This document shows positions 55,270 through 64,000 of a stretch of 64,000 nt of DNA, piece by piece (position 1 is the first letter of the stretch; each line of letters starts with the position of its first letter). The stretch spans positions 28,774,437 to 28,838,436 of the forward strand of contig NC_092672.1 of assembly GCF_964355755.1 (NCBI RefSeq). The letters are read 5' to 3'. A model generated the notes under the pieces. The model saw only the letters and a program-made list of their open reading frames with translations, searched no databases and was not told where the DNA came from. This DNA comes from Antedon mediterranea (taxonomy: Eukaryota; Animalia; Echinodermata). The position numbers were made by a program, and so were the translations under genes.

Positions 55270-58200
55270 ATGATGCTAAGGGATATTAATATTATGTCTA
55301 TGAATTGCCGAGGCCTTGGTAAAAAAAAGAAACGGGTAGATGTACTTAACTACTTGAAAGCTAAAAAACCAGACATTTTGTGTTTACAGGATGTTCATTT
55401 TACAAAACAAGTAGAAGCACATGTTAAATCAATTTGGGGAGATAAATGTTATTTTTGTAATGGTACTTCCAATTCAAGGGGAGTAGCAATTCTTTTTAAT
55501 GATTTATTTGATAGTATAGTGTATAATACAAAGAGTGATCCGTCCGGAAATTACTTGGCGTTAGATTTTACATTTGATTCTAAACGATCAACACTGATTA
55601 ATATATATGGTCCTAACACGGACAGTCCAGATTTTTATACGGAAATTATTCAAGTCATGAATACGTTTGAAAACGCTCATAACATTTTGTGTGGCGATTG
55701 GAACTTAACATTAAATCCTGATATAGATAACAAGAACTATGTTAATACAAATAACCCAAAAGCAAGAAAAATTGTACTTAAACTTATGTCAGAAAATGAT
55801 TTAATAGACGCATGGAGAACAATACACCCTGACATAAAAAGGTTTACATGGCGACAACACAAACCACTAAAACAAGCACGGCTCGACTTCTTTTTGATAT
55901 CAGAGGAATTACTCTCAATAATAGACACATGTAAAATAGACCCAGGATATCGTACAGATCACTCTTTGGTTAGCTTAAAGGTATTAACACAAACGAAAAA
56001 AGATAGAATCACCTATTGGAAGTTCAATAATAGCTTGTTAAGAAATGAGGAATATGTTAAAATAGTTAAAAAAGAAATTCAAACAATTACAGAACTATAT
56101 GCTGCGTCGCCATACAAAAGAGACACAATTAAGGATATCCCAGTCTCAGATTTGTCCCTTTCTATTAATGATGCATTATTTTTTGAAATATTGCTCTTAG
56201 GAATAAGAGGCAAAACTATTTCGTTCTCCTCAAGGTTAAAAAAAGAAAATGAAAAGCGAGAAAAAGAATTAGAAGATAAAATTAATGTAATTGAAAGAAA
56301 GATGGATGAACTTCAAATTGGTCCAGAAATGGACAACAATATTGAAGAGCTAAATTCCATAAAGATTGAATTACAACAATTACGTATGGTTAAAATTGAA
56401 GGGATCATGCTGAGATCGCGAGCTCAGTTGGTGGAACAAGGGGAAAAACCATCTTCTTTCTTCCTTAATTTGGAGAATAAAAAGATTGTAAATAAAAGTT
56501 TGAATAAAATTAGGAGGGAAATGGGTCAGGATATAACTGATAATAAACAAATTATAAAGAATGTAGAAAATTATTATAACAAATTGTACAAAAACAAAGA
56601 CGTTAAAATTGATCTTGTAACTATGAAAACAATATTTGAAAAAAATAGTATGACAAAATTATCACAAAAACAAAAGGAGGAAATTGAGGGGCCATTAACA
56701 ATTGATGAAATATTACAAGTTCTTAAAAATATGAAAAACAATAAAAGTCCCGGACAAGATGGTTTCTCCGCCGAATTCTTTAAATTTTTCTGGATTAATA
56801 TTAGTGGTTATTTAGTTAGAATGCTCGATTGGGTGTATAAGAACGGAAAACTATCTCAATCTCAACAAATTGGAATCATAACGCTTATACCTAAACCGAA
56901 TAAACCAAGGGACCTTCTAAAAAATTGGCGACCTATATCACTATTAAGCATCACCTATAAGTTAGCGTCTGGGTGTATAGCTAATCGAATAAAGAATGTA
57001 TTAAGTCATATTATAAGTAGAGAGCAAAACGGTTTTATGCCAGATAGATTTATTGGCGAAAATATTAGACTAATGAATGACATTATATGTCTTAGTGAAC
57101 ATATATTTTTGTATTTTTGTAATTTGTGCAGAAATATTGAATAATTTAATAAAGCAAAACAAACTAATTAAGGGAGTTAAAATTAGAGATGAGGAATATA
57201 CAATATCTCAATATGCAGACGACACTACCATTATACTTGATGGGTCTGAAGCATCACTGCATGCAACACTCGATACACTGGATACATACGAGAGTATTTC
57301 CGGTTTAAGAATAAATGAAGAAAAAACAAAAGTTGTATGGATAGGTAGTAAGAGAGGTAGCAATGTAAGGTTAAAAACAAGAAAAAAGATAAACTGGATA
57401 GGCAATGCCATATTTTCAATTTTAGGTATTGACTTTTCATTAGATGCAGTTCAAATGATTAATGTAAACTATGAAAGAGTGTTTTTAACGATAGAGCGTA
57501 TGATAAACCAATGGTCTAAAAGAAACTTGACAGTTATTGGTAAAATAACTATTATTAAATCACTCTTGTTACCAAAACTCATTCATATGATCATGTCCTT
57601 ACCGAACCCATCAAATGAATACGTAGTACGTCTTAATAATTTATTTTTTCGTTTTATTTGGCAAAACAAACCTGATAAAATAAACCGGCATCAGATGAAA
57701 AGTGATTACTTACATGGTGGATTAAGAATGGTAGATTTAAACTTTTTTTTTATGTCATTAAAAATAACTTGGTTGCGTAGAATTTTCAACAATAAATCCG
57801 AAGACAACCCAATATTTAAGCTATTTAAGTACATAACAAATTTGTCTAACTCTATGCAACTTGAAACGAATTGTAAACGTCTGTCCAGCATTAGAGATAA
57901 TGTTAAAATTCTCTTCTGGAAAGAGGTAATAGATGCATGGAGTAATTTTATTTCTATTCATTATCCAAAGTCTGTTGACGAGCTATTACGAATGCAAATT
58001 TGGAATAATGAAGTAATAAGAATAGGCAACGAATGTATAAGATATGGAAATTGGGAAAAAGCAGGTATTTTGTTTGTTAATGATTTGTTTAACAGCAATG
58101 GGCAATTTATGAATAAAAAAGAAGTCGAAGATACCTATGGTATTAAGATAAATTATATAAAATTAATAGGATTAAAAAGGCTTCTTAGGGAAAAATTTAA

Positions 58201-59069
58201 CAATTTAATGATATGTGAAATTAAAAAAACAGTTTTGCCAGATATTCCATTTCATATAAAAGTACTCTTTCAACAAAGAAAGGGATGTCGTATTTTTTAT
58301 GATGTTTTAAATAACTCAATGTTTAAATCATGGAAAGCACAAAAGAAATGGGCAGAAAATAAATTTGTATTCAATAACGAACAATGGAAAACAATCTACC
58401 TAGCTCCACATACGTGTACAATGAATATTGCTTTAATATATTTTCAATATAAAATTGTAAATAGAATAATTGCAACAAATGAACAATTATTTAAAATGAA
58501 TATAAAAGAAACTTCAATGTGCTCATTTGGAGATGGTAAAATTGAAACCATTCAGCATTTGTTCTGTAATTGTCCAATAGTAAAAAGGATATGGAACCTC
58601 CTCCAGGAAAAAATTTCAGAAAAAACTGGAGTGCAATTTACTTTTAGTAAAGAGAGCATAATTTTCGGATACCAAGATGCGCATCAGTTTTTTAATTTAA
58701 AAGCCATTAATGCAATTATTCTAATTGTAAAATCATTTATTTATAAATGTAAACTAGTTAAATGTAAGCCAACTATCAAAATGGTTATGAACGAGTTAAA
58801 AAGGTTTTATGAAACAGAACAATTTATTTATCATCAGAATTTTGAGGACAGTATTTTTAATAGAAAATGGATAAAATTAGAAGAATTTATAAATCAAATA
58901 TGAAATGGTTAGAGAGTAGAATAATTTTTATGAACCTTTATTTAATTTGTTAGATGGATATCTTTGTTGTTGTTTGTTTGTTGCTTTTTATTTTAATTTT
59001 TTATTTGATTATGTTTTTCCTTTGTAATGTATTATATGATGAAATAAAAAAAAAAAAAAAAAAAAAAAA
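55270..59069 (+). mobile_element. L1/Tx1-clade non-LTR retrotransposon ORF2 (APE endonuclease, RT with internal deletion, zf-RVT), 3' UTR and poly(A) tail
   Basis: SMNCRGL, LCLQD.H, SRGVAIL, NIYGPN, GDWN, RLDFFL, TDHS, WKFNNSLL, KSPGQDG, NWRPISLL, SQYADDT, ETIQHLFCNC; poly(A) at ~59045-59069; no ORF1 seen. Confidence 0.92.
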
Positions 59070-59625
59070 CAAATCACAAAACACAAACAAAATTAGTAGA
59101 AAACACATCCGAAAGGCATAACATTCAGATTATTATAAACAAAATTACAGATAAAAACTACATTACTAGGGTACAATTGTTTTGAAACGGGCATTCAATA
59201 TGGTATAGCTACATACCAATGCCGTTTCGTTTAGTTTTTAATTTATTCTGTTCATTTTACTTTTATTCACGCAAAACACATCTTGAAAAGTATTTAAGTT
59301 TTCGTCTGTTTGACAAGCCACGGCTTCCGACCTCTACACAATCTTCATGTATAACCTTTTAGTGTCAAATCATAATTGAATGCTGCATACTTGGCTAATT
59401 TGGTTAATTTTTAGCTATCGACTAAAATATTACCATGTTATAGGCATAATAATATTAGTTAGCACAAAAAATAGTAATGTTATGCGCAAAATGTTTTCTA
59501 ATAATTCAAGTTTATAAAGAATGATATGCATTGAATTGAAAATAATAATATAGCATCGACTAAACTACCTAAAAATTGTTTTAAAAACGATTTAAAGCAA
59601 GTAATATAATTATAGTAGGTCTAAT

Positions 59626-60929
59626 CATGGATTAAAGAATAGAAGGATATGCATCGACGTGAGATCAAGGGTTCCTTGACTCTCGCCGACAGACCGCGGA
59701 CCGCCCACAATGTTACAGTTTAATTAACCGCATGGTAACAACGAAACGGTCGCGTGCCTAATATATTGTTTACTGCACATGTGCAACGACATTTAACCTT
59801 GTTGGCTACTACGCTTCTTTCGCGCGTTCTTTGGTGGCATGATGTTTGTAGATGGTCAACTATTGACTATGTTGGTTTCTGCCGCGATTGATCTACGCTA
59901 ATGATTTTTTTATGATGATTAAAGTAGCATTTTATGACCTGTAGTAGCCCTACATCTGAGACAATAACTATTAGTTGTCTCATTTGTTGTAAAATTACAA
60001 AATCAGCAAGAATGCTAGCCTAGCTAGGCCCAGGCCTTGTACTAACTAGGCTAAACTGGGCTAGTAAACCCTATGATTTGCCGACATTGATACTGCCTAG
60101 GTAGGCCTAGGCTAATCTTAAATACTCACCGTTGTCTTACTTCTTGTGTGAATAATAATAATAGGTAGGCCTACTTCGTTTGTTCGTGATCAAGTTTGCC
60201 CTGCGTGTACTTTTCAAAACGACCGCTAGGTAACGAATCGCAACTATACATAGCCAGCCAATCCCGGATCAGGGATCGCTGTTTTCATTCAATTAGGCCC
60301 GGTGATTGGATGTGATGTGGATGACATAACCACTAGCCAATCACCAGGCACTACAGTTTAAATATAATCACATCGATAATTAAGGAGATTTATGAAGAAA
60401 CCACTGCTTAGCCATATATTAAAAAACACGATTGTTGTATGTCTGAACACCGGCCACGCTAACAACATACATGGTCAAATGCATAATTTAATATTCTATA
60501 GATTAACGCAATTTTTAATGACAGAAGATGGCAGGCAAATAATGATAATTCAAATATAAAAATGGCATATTTTATTAATATTACCAACTACCTAAAATTA
60601 CCAGTCGTAAGAAAGTGAACTTTTCGTAGTCCGATTGTGATGAAACTAAAACAGAATTATTCAGCAATATATGTTTGTTATCAATTAATCATCGACGCAG
60701 ACATGTCAATAGAACATTCAGACTGCGCATACGATTTCTACATGGTTACGTTTTGGTCTAAAAAAATGTAACAGTTGATTCGCAGCGTTTTACAGAGGGC
60801 CGCGGTTAGAGACACGGAGTTCAATGAACGTGTTTGTTTGATTGGCAGCAGTGCTTTAGTATAGGCAAGCGCGTTGTAAAATCGTTTGATGTCACCGTCG
60901 ATGCATATCCTTCTATTCTTTAATCCATG
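59626..60929. mobile_element. Non-autonomous P-superfamily-like DNA transposon, 1.3 kb
   Basis: Perfect 34-bp TIR CATGGATTAAAGAATAGAAGGATATGCATCGACG; 7-bp TSD GTCTAAT (59619-59625 and 60930-60936). Confidence 0.88.
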
Positions 60930-63654
60930 GTCTAATCAAGAAACTCAATCAAAGATTTAGGCTGGGTAAATTTAACTCACGTTTCGCCTAATATTTTGTA
61001 GAAGAAGGTTGGTAAACCGTTAATAATAACGAAAATCAGGAAAAAGAAAATATTGACAATACAACTAATAATGGTCAAACAAATGGTATAGATAACGATA
61101 ACATAAACCCCGACGTTAATAATAGGAATAACAACGTCAATAATAACAATATATATACCAATGTTACAAATAAAAATATAAGTAAAAGTATTTACACGTC
61201 CATATTAGAACTAAATATATGTTTTCCTTTTACAAACAACCCAACTAAATTAAAATATATTTATCTTATGTCTGCCACAAATACTGATCTTATTGTTAAA
61301 CTTGGAAAATATTTATTTTTTTCATTTAAACGTAGAACAGAATTTTTAAACGCACTCAACTAATATTTATTTAACATGTATTACATTGTATATTATTTGG
61401 GCCAAAGGCCATATATAATAAATGTTTCTTGGATCTCAAAGAAAGAATGAGAATGAGAATGAGTTACAGCAAACTGGTAACAATTAATTATTAATGTAAA
61501 GGGTAGTGTGAAAAATGAAGCATGAAGAATGAATTTGAAATGTTTGATATGATGCGTTTTTTATTTCACTATCTTCACTACCTGATGATATGTCTCATAT
61601 ATATCTATAGTTACTTTATCTATATTACAGGCTATATTATATATTTTGTGATTTTAAAATGTATAAAGAATGAATGCATGATTAATGTAGGCCTACACAT
61701 TATTGAAATCAGTCATTGTTATGTTTAAAGCAGACAATAACATAATTGTTACCATTAACGTTTTTTGTTCTGCGATGATTTTTAATTGTGACATCGAGAT
61801 GATATATTTTAAAACCAAAACATTATTGTACACAAGTTAAGCTTCAATGAAGATGATTGAATTCTAGAAAAAATATAAAAACAGGCTTTTTTCAATTGTG
61901 ATTCGGTAGATAACTAAATAAAATAATCTTTGAATGAATATGACATTTAGACGTGACCGACTGCATTGTTTGTAATCACGTGGTGTTTGCTTATGTTGGA
62001 CATTATTATACATAAGATAACAGTATGATGAATATATAATGAGGCAGATTAATGCTCTTAGGAGAAAAGCCTTTTTCATAAATTTTGTAATTTTTTTACA
62101 AATTACCTGATCTAAAAATTAGGCCTACAGTTATAATTTATTTTAACTAAAGTTACTAAATGTTTTGGTAAATTTTCATCAAAAATCAAACAAAATAACT
62201 GCAAAAGTGCCCTGTTTTCCAAGTAGTTCCCGCTATTTTTAAGTACAAATAATTTGAGAAAAGGCTATATCTGAAATTTGAACCCCCAAAATAAAAAAAA
62301 ATAATAATTGAAAATTATGTCAGATATTTTTTAATAATGTTCTTTTGAAATTTATATTCATTTGAAAATAAAATACTACATGAACTTTTGTAATGAAAAA
62401 CAAAAACACGTTTTGGTCAATTACTCAAAAGTAGCCTTTTGTAGATAAGCCCTTTTCTCAAAACGGCAGTATAGGCCTACTGTAATTGTCCTAAAAATGT
62501 GTTTCTTCAATAGCATTACTATTTGAATGTGTGTACAGTATTTAAATTGATGTTTTAAGAGAAAATAAATGACAATAAATGAGCTGTTATGAAATGGACA
62601 ATTTAAGTAGAAGAATGTAACGATTAAAAAAAAACTTGGAATAAACTTGTTATACTTGCCCAAGTAAACATTTATAATACTATTATTACTAGGTAGAGAA
62701 ATATGTTTTATTTAAAAGTGGTGAGAACCACAAGGAGAATGCAGTGTATCTCAATAATATCTACATGCAGAACAACATAATTGCCTTTCTATATAGGTTT
62801 TCATATTGACTGACTGATCCATTTTATAGGAGCAAATACATTTTATTAAATGGGATGGGAATTCATCCCTGGCCGAAACGTTACCGATTCGACGAAAAGC
62901 TGAATCTGAAGGCAGCGATGGCGTTCCACAGTCATATATTTGGCGTTCCATAAGTTATAGCGCCACCTTTGGTTGGTATTTGGCGCATAGATTTGAAAAC
63001 GACAAACGACGATATTTTGTAGGCTCTCTGTGACGTGAGAAGAAGTAATGTTTCTAGGCCTACGTGTTTTTTATGTCGATTTATGAATAAGGTATGTATT
63101 TGAAGATGACTAAAGCATCTATATAATGTTTATAATCCCCTTAATGTCTAACAATATGTTGAAATCATTTCTTATTAGCCACATCATACATTTAAACATT
63201 CAAACTTATTCCTGCTCTATTAGTATAATTATGATAGCTGTGCTGTGTTTCAGCCCGACGACGAACGATACCTGACGAGCCGCCAGACTCCGAGAAGAAT
63301 CGTCGTTCTAGCCTATCATTTTATGCCTAGCCTAGGCCTACATCTATTAATCAAATGGGCCATCCCATTCCCAGCCGCCTAAGCTAGCCTAAATCGAGGG
63401 CGCGCCACCTAAGTCTAGTGTGAAGCTTTGTACACAAATAGAAACGGAATTTTACCTTACTTAAAAAATGTATTGTAATTTGTAGGCTACTACTAGTAGC
63501 TAGGTAGGCCTAGCCTCTACTACTACTAGCTAGGCTAGGCCTATGTTGTCCCCCTGAAAAAATAATTCTTAAAACATTTTTTGTTGAAGAATAGGCTAGG
63601 CCTAGAAGGCTAGCCTATGCATAATAGGCTAGGCCTAGTACTTACGAATACAGA

Positions 63655-63700
63655 TCACTCCGGCCGCGATTCACTCCGGCCGCGATTCATTCCGGCCGCA
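63655..63700. repeat. Three copies of a 16-bp GC-rich tandem repeat
   Basis: tcactccggccgcgat twice, then tcattccggccgca. Confidence 0.85.
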
Positions 63701-64000
63701 GCTATGGAGCGCCCAATGAGTCTTTTACAACCGAGAGACGTTTTTTTGTAGAGAATCAAAATAAATATTTGTAATCATATAGTATATTTTTCGACGTGCA
63801 TTACGTCATAACCAGCCAATGGGGTGCTGGACTTTGGATTTTTTCATATACGCGAAAACAGTGATCAACCGCATTTTCTTTATGCTTCATTTATCGGTAT
63901 TATCGCCGTCGTGTGTGACAAAAACTAAATGTAGCCTACGTCTGTTATTATTATTATTGAAAAGCCAAAACATGTTGATTTTAATTCTAGAATACAAAAA

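Noticed and set aside
62250-62465. Imperfect inverted repeat (tttgagaaaaggctatatct / agataagcccttttctcaaa)
   Set aside because: Short and degenerate with no TSD. Probably an old DNA transposon remnant that I cannot delimit.
61522-62951. Short ORFs in the 3' flank as a second gene
   Set aside because: AT-rich, compositionally biased translations with no recognisable domain or consistent splice chain.
63255-63310. CTGACGA within an imperfect hairpin as a hammerhead
   Set aside because: Lacks a properly placed GAAA and stem II.

Overview
AT-rich eukaryotic genomic DNA, probably from a marine invertebrate. Deuterostome or echinoderm origin is only an inference from the repeat content. One giant intron-rich + strand gene dominates the window: a fibrocystin-L (PKHD1L1)-like gene that I reconstructed by hand as 56 coding exons from ATG 1298 to stop 54618 (~14 kb CDS, ~4,650 aa). 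Its architecture is signal peptide, IPT/TIG repeats, PA14, cupredoxin-like fold, two G8 domains, PbH1 beta-helices, furin site, SEA-like module, one TM helix and a ~190-aa cytoplasmic tail ending in a possible ubiquitin-like fold. Splice phases close everywhere except at four apparent lesions: TAG at 16882, TAA at 30411, no phase-compatible donor near 35172, and an apparently truncated exon near 48977. This copy may therefore be a young pseudogene or null haplotype. The introns and 3' flank hold RTE, CR1/L2, Rex/Babar and L1/Tx1 LINE fragments, a Deu-domain SINE, several MITE families (some nested), Helentron-type elements and a 1.9-kb trinucleotide repeat. They also contain a Penelope-type hammerhead ribozyme core and a fully folding tRNA-like sequence with an ATC anticodon. 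All family assignments are by eye from motifs; no searches were run.
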